Origin: Macrostomum lignano
Taxonomy: Eukaryota
DNA length: 64,000 nucleotides
Assembly: GCA_002269645.1 (NCBI GenBank)
Contig: NIVC01001912.1
Coordinates: forward strand, 124,001-188,000
Direction: 5' to 3'
The first letter of the stretch is position 1; each line of letters opens with the position of its first letter. The position numbers were made by a program, and so were the translations under genes. The notes beneath the pieces were generated by a model. It had not been told where the DNA came from. It worked only from the letters and a program-made list of their open reading frames with translations, and did no database searches. Of the stretch, positions 9,111 to 20,028 are shown one piece after another.

Positions 9111-10477
9111 CGTTCGGGCCTGCAGAACTGACGCCAGCCGAACTCTGCTGTGCTGCCCTCGACAACCTGCCTGAGGATGACGAGCAAGCATGGTCTGAGT
9201 TTTGCACGGCCTGTGACTCCCTCGTTGCCGCCGCTGTCCCGGATGAGCGCCGCGGTGGTGGAGGGTCTCATGGACGACGTGGAGCCCCCAATACCAGCCT
9301 GGCGGCTCGTTACGCTGAGAATCGAAAGCGCGCGATGCGGGAAATCCTTGGTGAGGTTCGCGTCGAATGCGCAGTGCCCATTGCAGACGTCGAGACCGAC
9401 TTTCGACGACGCTATGCAGACCGTGGCCCACGAGACTGGGACTGTCCAACCGCCCACCGGCCCGCCCCTGCTTGCCGCGACAGCTTTACGGCGGAGCCAA
9501 TAACTCCGGCAGAGGTCAAACGGGTCATCCGCGGCCGCTCCGATACGGCCCCTGGCAACGACGGGCTGCGCTACTCGGATCTGGGAAAAGTCGACCCACA
9601 CTGCTTCGCTATGGCCAGGATCTTCGACATGTGCCTACGCCGGTTTCGTCGCATCCCGACCGCCTGGAAACGGTACCGCACGGTGCTATTATTCAAAAAG
9701 CCGGACAGGTATGAGGCCGGGCAGGAATCTGACCTCTCCAAATGGCGCCCAATAACCCTGCTGGACACCATCAATAAAATCTTTGCGGCGGTTCTAATCG
9801 AGCGTGTTCTACAATGGGCGACTTCGGCGGTGCTCATCAGCCCGGGGCAGCGCGGCGGCCTCCACTATGAAGGTTTTGCCGACCACAACTACGTGCTGCG
9901 CGCTTGCCGCGACGACGCCCGACGCCGCAAGGTGACGCTGGACGCCGCCTTCCTAGACCTCCGTGACGCCTTCACCAGCGTGCCTCATGACCTGCTATTT
10001 GGTACTCTGGAGCGGGCGGAAATGGACGGGGACACCTTAGCGCTCTTTTGGGACATTTCCGCGGAGAACGTGACCGCTATCCATTCCGGTGAAGACCGCG
10101 TCACCCCCGACATCACGGTTGAGAGCGGAGTGCGCCAGGGCAGGCTCCCTCTCAGGAGTCCTCTTCGCGTTGTGCATGGAGCCCCTCCTACGCGCGCCGG
10201 ATCCTGTCGACGGCTACCTACTGCACAGACACCGGCAGCTCAGCCTTGCGTACGCTGATGACGCGGCGTTCGTCACGAGCAGCGGGGCCGCCCTTCGGCG
10301 CGTTGTCGCGGCGGTCGACAAGGCAGCAGACTGGGCAGGCCTCACCATCAACCCGGGCAAGTGCGGCCACCTTACCATCAACGGCGGCCCGGCCGAGTAA
10401 GCGGAGCTACATGTCGCTGCGGGCCCCATCCGGAGCCTTGCCGAGGACGAGACCTACGAGTACCTGGGCGTCCTGGT

Positions 10478-11566
10478 GCTAAGCGGAACCTTGTCCCGCA
10501 TAGCGATCTGTGCCTCAACTTTCTCAACGAGTGTCAGGCCAATCGCGTCTTCACCGATGGCATTGCCTCAACGCTCAACCTGAGACAGCGCTACTCCGTA
10601 GCTATCGACTCGCGCGATAACATCAATGACCATTGGAACCCTGGTGAGCTTCATTGCTACACCGACGGTTCTAAGCAGTCAGCCAACACCGGCTTTGGTG
10701 TTGGAATCTTTCTGAACGGGAGGGTCATCGCTACCCACGCTCAATACACTGGGGTCAACTCCAGTGTTTTCCAAAATGAAGTTCTGGCCATCAGCTCCTG
10801 CACTGCAGAGCTTCTCGCCACTGGCGTTACTGGTAAGAACATCATTTTCCATTCGGACAGCCAAGCTGCCTTGCACGCCATCAGTGGCTGCAGCACCAAC
10901 TCTGCTACAGTCCTTGACTGTATCAAACTCCTCAATGTGTTGGGTTCCGCCAACAAAATTACCCTTAAGTGGGTTCCGGGGCATGTGGGGATCCGAGGAA
11001 ATGAGTTGGCTGACACCCTTGCAAAAGTTGGTGCCTCCGGCTCCTCTCTCGGCCCCGAACCTCTTGTCCCGATCCCTGGCTGTGTCATCGACTCGCGCAT
11101 CAAAGCGTGGATCAGGACTCAGCACCGCTCGACTTGGGCGAACCGCACGAACTGCAGGCAATCCAGAGGCGCTGTCCCTCAGCCCTCTCCCCAGCTCCGG
11201 AAGCTCCTCTTGCGCCTCTCGCGCAGAGACATCCGGGCTGCCACCATGACCCTCTCTGGTCACGGCTGCTTCTCCAGGCACCAGTACCTGCAGGGCAACG
11301 CCACCAACGCCACCTGTAGTTTCTGCAACTCAGGTGACGAAACCGCTGAGCATTTCGTCAGCATCTGTCCCGCCTTCACGCGGGCCAGACTCACTTACCT
11401 CGGGCCACACACATCTATTACTGAAGCGTGCAAACCCGAAAACTTTAATCAGCTCATGCGCTACCTTCGGGCCACCCGCAGGGCTGAACTCTCCTTTCCA
11501 GAGAGCACCATAGCTGCTGGCGACACTGGGGGACCTCCCTGGGCGGCGCCAACCCTCCGTCCATAG
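10478..11566 (+). CDS. C-terminal part of LINE ORF2: RNase H domain + CCHC knuckle
   Basis: YTDGSK, FQNEVLAI, SDSQAAL, WVPGHVGIRGNELADTLAK (acidic catalytic residues present); CSFCNSGDETAEHFVSIC. The ORF-track start at 10361 is a read-through from host element DNA. Confidence 0.85.
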   Translation, partial: AKRNLVPHSDLCLNFLNECQANRVFTDGIASTLNLRQRYSVAIDSRDNINDHWNPGELHCYTDGSKQSANTGFGVGIFLNGRVIATHAQYTGVNSSVFQNEVLAISSCTAELLATGVTGKNIIFHSDSQAALHAISGCSTNSATVLDCIKLLNVLGSANKITLKWVPGHVGIRGNELADTLAKVGASGSSLGPEPLVPIPGCVIDSRIKAWIRTQHRSTWANRTNCRQSRGAVPQPSPQLRKLLLRLSRRDIRAATMTLSGHGCFSRHQYLQGNATNATCSFCNSGDETAEHFVSICPAFTRARLTYLGPHTSITEACKPENFNQLMRYLRATRRAELSFPESTIAAGDTGGPPWAAPTLRP

Positions 11567-11660
11567 CGACGCGTCGGCCGTTCAGGGACTAGCGGAATGG
11601 GCGCCCGCGCCTTCCCGCTGTGTCCCCTCCGGGACAGCCCTGCAGCTAAGTCAAGTCAAG
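10478..11660 (+). mobile_element. 5'-truncated RNase H-bearing LINE (I/R1 group, LOA-like) nested in element 2
   Basis: 13-bp TSD TGGGCGTCCTGGT at 10465-10477 and 11661-11673; 3' tail TAAG-TCAAG-TCAAG; clade assigned from domain order (RNase H then C-terminal CCHC). Confidence 0.88.
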
Positions 11661-13252
11661 TGGGCGTCCTGGTAGGTGAACGACGTTCTGCGTCTGTCGG
11701 CGCCTTACTCAAGCGGGCGCTCCGAGAGCTGACAGCGGTGGCGAACTGTGACCTCCTGCAATGGCAAAAGCTGAACGCTTACCGCACCTTTGTGGTCTCC
11801 CGCCTGCCTTTTCATCTCAGGCTACGCGACGCCTGCAAGGCGGACAGCGCGCGTAGCTGGGCTATGACGAGAGGGCACGCCAGATCATCCGGCGCGTCGC
11901 CTACCTGTCAGCGGAGTCGACGGTCGACTACCTTTACGCCGACAAGCGCCATGGTGGCCTAGGGCTGCCGCTGCTCAAAGAGGAAGCCGCCATCCAGAAG
12001 GTCGTTGAGGCGCTGAAGCGTCTTGGAGGCAGCGACGAGATACTGCGCGACATTGCCTCGACCGAGCTACCGTGACGTCACCGACTCACCAAGCGGTGAG
12101 ACATCCATCTGGTGGTTTCAAGTGCGCCACGCTGTCCGAGAGGTCCTGCAGCCGCTCGACCTGAAGTTCCGCATCGAACAAGACTGGACTCTGCGTCTGG
12201 AGTGGCGGCACCCGCTGTCTGGGGCGGTCGAGCAGCTCCACCGGATCAGCGCGGCTACGTGCAAGCTGCACGAGGTTGTCCGATCGGCGAACACGGCCGC
12301 ATGGCGCCAATGCCGCTCCAAGGGCTGCTTCGGGACGACGGTGATGCACATCGACCGACACACTTGGCTGTTCAATAGCACCGGGATGCGCGTATGTGAT
12401 TGGCGCTTTGTACAACGAACCCGCCTCAACCTCATTCCAACGAATGCGATGCGGCGGCTTGCTGACCCGACAGCCGAAGCCCGCTGCAGGCGATGCGGCA
12501 CAGAGTCGGAGACTCTCGGCCACGTCCTTGGCGCCTGTCGTGTGCACTCGGGCGGTGGAGGGATCACCACGTCGGCGTCGTCAGCGCGATCGCCGGCGCC
12601 ATTCAAAAGGCGTGCGCGAGCGACTGCGACGTTGCTCAGCGACCAAGATGTGCTGCTGGCTCTGGCCTACGTCCCAAAATAAGCGTGGATGACCCGGCCC
12701 GAAGACGGCACTTGCTGATCGAAGTCAAAACATGGAGACCGGCCCGGCTACCTACTCGCGACAACACCGCGCCATCTCGAGAATTACACTTGCCGCAGAC
12801 ACACCTACGGCCCTTACGTTTGCCGCGTCTGCGTCTTGTGATGTCCTTGTCTTCCCCGCTGGCCGCGGAGGCGCAGGACACGAACGAGGTTGTCTGGCTG
12901 GGCGGGCGGCGTATCTCCGGAAGGTCTGTGCTTGTGCGGACCATTGGTCGTTCCCATTCAAGGCCTGAGTCCAGGGGCCTTGGGGCTCTGACTGGTTGCT
13001 CATGTCAGTGGGAGTCCCTTCTTGGAGGGTGTGTGTCGTGCGCTTGGCTCTTTGTCACCGCACAACAGCACTATCCTGCGTGCTGCCGGGTTCGCCGAGA
13101 GCGTCATCCGCAGCCTTCAGCGTCAGCTTGCGCTCCATTGCATCCACTGGAGCCGCAATACGTGGGTGAGAGCACTGTACGGGTGCACCGCAAGCTTTCT
13201 TACGCACCCGACCTCCCTATGCCTTCGACTGGTCGCCCGCAGTCTCCAAGCT

Positions 13253-13923
13253 TGTTGTGAAACGAGGGTAGGAAGCAGTGCTGTGTGCTGACCGCGGATC
13301 AGCCCGGGGAGGGGCTCTGCCGCTGGATTACAGGGGCCTATCTACCAGGGGCATAAAGCCCGAGCGGCCCAGGTTGAGACCAGGACTCATGGCCTGGAAA
13401 AATATCTTAATTGGTGCTACTAGCCCAAGCCTATGGACTAAGACACCGCCAACCCATAGTGGAATCAGGGACGGTGCTAGGACCGAGTCCACTCAAGCCA
13501 CCCCCCCCCCCAACGACAAAACCCAAGTGTGCGCGCGAAAAATTTTCCCAAATTTTGGAAAAGCGGTCTGAGAGTGGGGAAAACCCCGAAGTCTACGGAA
13601 AAGGCTTTAGATTGGAGCGAATCTGGGCAGCTTATTTACCAAGGGCGAGTCTCCTATCAGAAGGCCGAATTGCACAAAGCTCCTCCTATGGGGCTGCGAG
13701 CCTCAAGGCTTTTTCACTAACCAGCTCTAAACAATTGGAGAATGCTTAAGCGGTCCGAGAGAGGAAATATTCTAGTCTATTGGAGCGAGTCTGGAAGATT
13801 ATTGCGATGGGCGAGTCTCCTATCAGGCAGTTGACCAAAACTACCTATAGGGCTGCGAGCCTCAAGGCTTTTTCGCTATTAAGCTCAGTATAAAGGCCAG
13901 GCCAAGGGGTTGGAGAGGGGCAC
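13253..13923 (+). repeat. Copy 1 of ~670-bp diverged direct repeat with LTR-U3-like features
   Basis: Aligns with 15017-15687; begins TGTTG; internal sub-repeats ATTGGAGCGAGTCT...GGGCTGCGAGCCTCAAGGCTTTTT; TATAAA at 13889. Confidence 0.75.
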
Positions 13924-14524
13924 AATCACTTCTAGCACTTAGCTAGGCAACCCAGTATTCAAATGAAGGTATTTATTACCTTGACTCCTGGTCAGTAAAT
14001 CTCGTCCTTGAGTAGATCTATTTCTTGAGCTTGGTTCCTCTGGATTAGACTCTTACAGTCTTTTCGATCTGGATCCGGATTGGTTAGCGTTGATTCCTGA
14101 ACAACGGTTGCTGCTGAATTTCTCGTCAGCCGGTATCTGTCGTGTAGACCGATAGGAAGCTTCGAATTAACAATGGGATCCCTGCGCCAAACTGCGGTAT
14201 CAAATAAGCCTTCTCCTTCTAGCAGTGACTTAATGCACTCTAGGTAAAGCTCCGGTAATCACTGATAGTCTTCTAAGATCTATCAGAGCAGTCCTTCTGG
14301 AGACTGCAACCAATGGAGTCTAAATAGACCCAAGAGTCTCAACAGACTCAAACTAAACTCAAATGAGACGTCTCAACAACAGGCGCAAATGAGTAAGGCT
14401 TACCGCAAGAATTCAGCCGAGTCTCGTTTGACTTGGGCTTCAGGAAGTCCTGTTAAGGCTTCCTCTTCGGAGCTCTTCTCCTTCCGGAGGATTTCTTGGC
14501 TCTGGGTCCGCTTCGGACCACTTG

Positions 14525-14820
14525 TATTTATAGGCAAATGGACCTCTCTCGAGGTCGTCCATCACCTTTTTCGTAAATGTCAACTGGTCACATTTTGGTG
14601 GCTGTCAAGCATGGCAGGACAGAAAATTGCGCAACTAGTCTACTGTAAAAGCGCATGATTGGTTATCGTAGCTGGTAGCCTTTGATTGGTTCATCCGGGT
14701 GCAAGCCAAATGATGAATCGTAGGTGGGGTTTGAACTGACAAATGTAGGTCGCACGTGACCAATGATGAATCGCAGATGGGGTTTAACTTGACAATTGTA
14801 GGTCACGCATGATTGGTCGG
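14525..14820 (-). promoter_or_regulatory. Putative minus-strand Pol II promoter (TATA + CCAAT cluster)
   Basis: TATAAATA on the minus strand at 14525-14532; ATTGG/CCAAT boxes near 14658, 14685, 14760 and 14811; minus-strand AATAAA near 13975. Motif-level only. Confidence 0.4.
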
Positions 14821-15016
14821 TTGCAAAAAATAACATGTTCGACTTTACTCTCTTGTGGTTGGCTGACTAGAATATACTTGTGATTCAGTACTTAATTTTA
14901 TACATGCTAATTATCTTACTACTGAATAAAAATGTATAAGTAGTATGTTAACCTTATTTACGGATTTTTGAGGAAGGCAGAATACTCTACAGGTAAAAAC
15001 AGTCAGATACCGTCTT

Positions 15017-15687
15017 TGTTGTTGTTAATCGAGGGTGGGAAGCCAGGGGCCCCGCGGATCAGCCCAAGTAGGGCTCTGCCGCTGGGATCTACCAGTGGGC
15101 CATACTGCCAGGGGCATATAGCCCGAGAGGCCACGATTGGGACCAGGGCCTAAAGGCCTGGACATACCTAATTGGGGCTACTAGCTCAAGCCTATGGACT
15201 AAGACACCGCCAACCCAAGGTGGAATCAGGGACGGTGCTAAGACCGAGTCCACCCAAGCCGGCCCCCAACGACAAGACCCGGGAGTGCGCGCAAAAAGAT
15301 TGGAGTTTAGAAAGCGCGGTCCGAGAGTGGGGAAACCCCAAAGTCTACGGAAGTAGTGCTTTAGATTGGAGAGTCTGGGCAGCTTATTTACTAAGGCCGA
15401 GGCTCCTATCAAGAGTAGATTATTGCAAGACCTCCTATAGGGCTGCGAACCACAAGGCTTTTTCACTACCCAGCTTTAAACAGTATTGGAGAATGTAAGC
15501 GGTCCGAGAAAGAAATATCCTAAGTCTGTGGAATAGGGCTTATCTATTGGAGCGAGTCTAGAAGCTTATTGCCAAGGGCGAGTCTCCTGTCAAGCAGGAA
15601 GACCGTCTACCTACAGGGCTGCGAGCCTCAAGGCTTTTTCGCTATCCAGCTCAATAAGGGCCAGGCCAAGGGGTCGGAGAGGGGCAC
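15017..15687 (+). repeat. Copy 2 of ~670-bp diverged direct repeat
   Basis: Same blocks as 13253-13923 (e.g. AAGCCTATGGACTAAGACACCGCCAACCCA identical); followed by AATAAA near 15932. Confidence 0.75.
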
Positions 15688-16027
15688 CAGGGGCAAGAGG
15701 AACCCGGACTCAGCCGGTATTCCCCGATTCGGGACGAACTTATTCCCTAGGACTCCAATCCAACTGTCAGTGATGAGAGCCATGACACATTAAGCAGGGA
15801 GACTACCAGAGGAGCCAGCAGATGGACCAAGGCAAGCAAGATGAACCAGGCAGGGAGGGCAGAGCTCATTACTCCAAAGATTGGATGGCTTCGAGGCCGG
15901 GGATAAAAGCACAAAGCTAAAACACAAAGGAATAAAAAATGGGAGGAGCACCTGAACCCTCAACCTGGGGCTCAGACTCAGGGCTGGCATCAGACTAATT
16001 CTATCAACTGGGTAGGGCCTTCTTCGC

Positions 16028-16145
16028 TCTGTTCTTTAGAGATTAATTCCTCTAACGTAAGCCTTTGGTCTACTAAGTAATTAATCCGGTTTTTGATGAG
16101 TCGGGCCAGTTGGTCCACGCGTAGGCCTTGCGCAGCAGCTGCGCC
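16028..16145 (+). pseudogene. U2: Degenerate U2 snRNA 3' portion downstream of element 2
   Basis: Begins TCTGTTCTTTAGAG; stem IIb mutated, ~19 nt deleted from stem III, stem IV broken. Confidence 0.88.
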
Positions 16146-19100
16146 TCAGGACCAGGACGATAACCATATGCTGGCCCAGCGTGCGTGCGCACGCAAACAA
16201 ACTGTGGTGCTGAATAGCTGAGCTCTAGTGTGCACGCACTAGCTAACTAACTTTTATTATGTACTTGCATTGTAGATGCACACTATTCTTTCCTCTCCCC
16301 TCGCTCTGACTGGCCATAGCTACCCCTAAGTTTCCATATATTCGTAGTTTATTGTAATCACGTGACTCTAATTTCGGTGTTCTCTTAGCCCGCTGCTCAT
16401 GTCACTAATAAAATAGGCTAACTTGCAATTTAAAATAAACCTTAAGTTCTTTATGACAACTACACGGCACGACACAAACAAATAAATTGAATTAGAACTC
16501 TGTAGATAAAAAATTGCGAAAGTAATTAAAGAACAGAAACAGACAATAGCATTAAAATTAACACTGCTTTTAAATATCCTCATTAAAGTAGAAGTAAGTC
16601 AAACCAGATATTTTGTCAACAACAACTTGATGATGTTAACAACTTGTTAGCTGATGTGGTGTATCTCAGTCCAGGCAGTACAGCACGTACGTGATTTGGA
16701 AGCTTTTCTTAGAAAAGTTCATAGAAAAGATCATACATTAAAGTATTTAAACCTAAACGAAACTTATTCAAGAGCCTTTGTTCTAAAATATGTACAAAGC
16801 AACCCATATTTTCATTATATTAATTGTCACAGGTTGCAAAAGCAATGTTAATTAACAATTCTACATGACTTAACCAGGTAGACTCGGACATAATTGTTCC
16901 CTATGCCCTTGGCCTTAAATTTAATTTTTAAGATACTGTTACATTTTTATCAACCAAGGGCAATGTTCAGTTTTTGTTTTGATCTTTAGATTTTAAAGAT
17001 AGCCTACCAATATTGTATTAGGCTATCAGTCATATTACTTATCACTTATTTATCAATGATTAGATCAATGATATTGCCTATCACTTAGGCCCTATCTATG
17101 GTATAATATATAATAATGAATTTATTTAATCAGCTGAAATATTTTGTATGCTATAGTATAGAATATAGGTGTCCTATACTTTGATCTTGATCATAATATA
17201 ATAGGCCAATTAAGTGTATGTTGGAATGCATATAGAGGATTTTTTGTTTGCATTCTTATTGTAAACCATGTAGCAGCTTACCAATCTTGGTCAAATCAAA
17301 TGTATATACTTCTTGCCAATTATATACCAAATTAACACCTTGACTCTTTACTAAAAGTGACAAAAGTAAAAAATAATATAATTAAAAGATTTTTAAACTG
17401 CAAAAAGTAGTTTCTTTCAAAATTTAAAATGTTAGTAATATTCAATTATTTTCTTTTTTTTAAGTTATAATTGCCTATAAATATATAGTATAGATATTGC
17501 ATAGTAGCTAAAGTTTTTTTTTGCTAGCTAATTAGTTACAGACAATTCTTATTGCTGCAGTATATAAATAGTAAACATTATATTTGAATATTGTTTTTTG
17601 GCTAAGAGCAATGGAATATACTTAAATTTAATAACTAACTTTATTCTGCAAGTATATATCTATTTCAATTAAGAGTATACATGTACATAAAAATAAAAAA
17701 CTAACATAGTATGCTGTGCAGATGCAAACTTACTCATAGACATTGCTAATAAACTAAACACAGAATAGAACTTAGTTCCCAGGAATGATCTTTACCTTAC
17801 CTATAGTTTTTATATAAACATATGGCCAAATCCAAAAATAAGGAATATAAAAATAGATCACTTCAATTAAAATATTAAGACAAATTAAGCTAGCCTTATG
17901 TAGGCCTACTCTTCAATTGGTTTTATATCTCCAAAGTAGTAGAAAGCTTAGAGTGCAGAGAGCCCATGATTTTGCTAGCAGTTCAATTAGAAAAAAGGCA
18001 GTTGTGCCATTTTTAAAGCCATTTTTTATCTGGCAGCAAAGCCATTTTTAGAAATTTGCTTTACTATTTCTGGCATAGAAAAAACCAATAGAGGCAGGCA
18101 CCATGCTAAGTGGCTTCTTAGTTCAAGGGTTTCATCTAACTAGAGTGCTCCTTGTCAGTGGCTCAACCAAGGGCAATTGCCCCCCTCAGGCAGAGATCTA
18201 AAAAACAACAATATAACTATAGTGACAAACCTTAGCTTATTGATGCAAAAGTTCTATATACTAGTTCTTATTCCAAATTTTCTAATCTGGCTCATTTTCT
18301 AACTGACATTTTTTTCTATTGTTTCAAATGCTTTAGTTTTAGAAATCATTGACACCTAGCCATATATTGAATAATTGCTACTTTTGACATACTACTAATT
18401 AGGCAAGGTTCAATAGGACATTCAAGCATGAATATCATACATTAGGAATTCAAATGGAGAATCAACTTCATTAATGAAATTTGCATTAGCAAATTTCCTA
18501 AAATCAATCAAATATAATTACTGCATCTAAAAACTAGAAGTTAATTTGTTTATACTTACTTTAATTTTTCTCAGAAACTACATTTATGATATTAGCACTT
18601 ATTTGGATTTCAATTTTACAAAGGTATTTTGCACAAGTAGCCACTATTATCATTGCTTCATAAAAACATGATCACAAGTTTTTCAAATGCTATTTTTGCA
18701 ATATAGTAGGGTATATGTTATAATAATGACATGATATAATAATAATAGACCATGTTTTAAATGTTGTTGAAATAATTAACACTATTGCAGCCACTTACAA
18801 TTTACAATAAAGAAAGCAAGGCGAGTCACTAGTGAAACCACCAGTGACCACTAGACAGGGGTAGCTATGGCAGAGAAGCCTAGTGGCTGCAAACAGAGAA
18901 CAAAGCATAGACAGGGTGGGCAGGGAGCAAACAGTGTGGCACTAGGGTGGCTGAGCAGGTAGGTTAAAAGGAGGGAGCTGTGCCCAATAGTTAAGAGCAA
19001 GGGTGGAGATGCTGCTGACCAAACAGCTAATCTAGTGGCTTACTACAATATGAAAATAAGTATGAAAGTAATGTATAAAAGTGATTGAAAGTATTATTTT

Positions 19101-20028
19101 TTTCTTGGAAGAAGTTACTCTTGATTAATTGACCTGGATAAGATAATGGGTTTCAAAAGTTACTTTTTATAGTATCAGAAGTTAGTTTATTGCAAATAGA
19201 AAGTACTTTGTTGAATAAGTTGTTTAACATTGATTTGCCAAATTTATATATGTATATATACTATTGACTACTTATATTAGTATTAGCAATATAATATAGT
19301 CTATATATTATGCTATTGTGAATTTTTTATTACTTTTTACTTCTATAGAGTATGAAGTGTGGTAAAATAGTAGGCCTAGCTATTTATATTAGTAATAATA
19401 TAACAATTAGCATTTATAATTGGGAAATGCAAGTAATAGGCCTAGCCAATGATGAGATAATGACTATGCAGTTTACTATGACTAGATTAAATTCAAGAGC
19501 ATTGACATATCAATACACCTTTAATGAATCAAGTACTACAAAAAACAATTAACAATGCTCAATAGTTAGTCAGGTGGTCAACAGTAGTTAGCTAACAAGT
19601 GAAATGTCTATACTCAGTGCTGTCAGAAGGCAGAAGACCTGTGGTACCAGTACAACTAGCATGAGCATTTTGAGTGGCATTAATCATCTTACTAAATTTC
19701 TATTCTTTCTTATTTTATCTATTCTTAACTAAAGCCAGCGATGTCAAAGGGGGTTTAACAGAGGAACACGTTAAATACTTCTATATAAAAAACAACATTA
19801 AAATGCATTTAAACTACTCACAAGAATTCCTATACTACTCATGCCGTCAACGCTCAGCCGTTTGTTGACGGCCCAGCTTGAAGATTAGGCATTCGCATTT
19901 TCGGCAGGCTTGCAGCTGAGGCTGTGCGCGCTGCTGCCGCATCTAATCGGGCTTTGTTTGCTTCCAGGCTCGCTTTCTGTTATTCTTTATCATCGATTCG
20001 ATTAATTAACACCACTGTCTGCGTTGCT

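Larger units (their letters stand above)
7880..13190 (+). pseudogene. Family-2 polyprotein (5 Zn fingers, repeat linker, RT, CCHC, RLE) with frameshifts, stop and insertions
   Basis: ATG at 7880 (MYTCKC..); frameshift at ~10140 in QGCPLS; YADD at ~10251; in-frame TAA at 10398; resumes GVLVGERRSAS at 11661; CRRCGTESETLGHVLGAC; LLIEVK; HCIHWSRNTWV. Confidence 0.88.
7801..16027 (+). mobile_element. Utopia-type non-LTR retrotransposon, family 2, near full length, decayed, with nested insertions
   Basis: Bracketed by U2 nt 1-30 upstream and U2 nt 41 onward at 16028; 3' end AGGGCCTTCTTCGC; encodes zinc fingers, RT and RLE homologous to element 1. Confidence 0.85.

Noticed and set aside
10361-11566. 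A Utopia protein naturally fused to RNase H
   Set aside because: The RNase H segment is bounded by a 13-bp TSD, has its own tail and stop, and is out of frame with the upstream RT, so it is a nested insertion.
11528-11650. HDV-like ribozyme in the nested LINE 3' end (GGGGGAC 11528-11534 pairs with GTCCCCT 11622-11628)
   Set aside because: P3 is weak, the GG needed for P1.1 does not follow P1, and such ribozymes are expected at 5' ends; a descriptor search (RNArobo/Infernal) would settle it.
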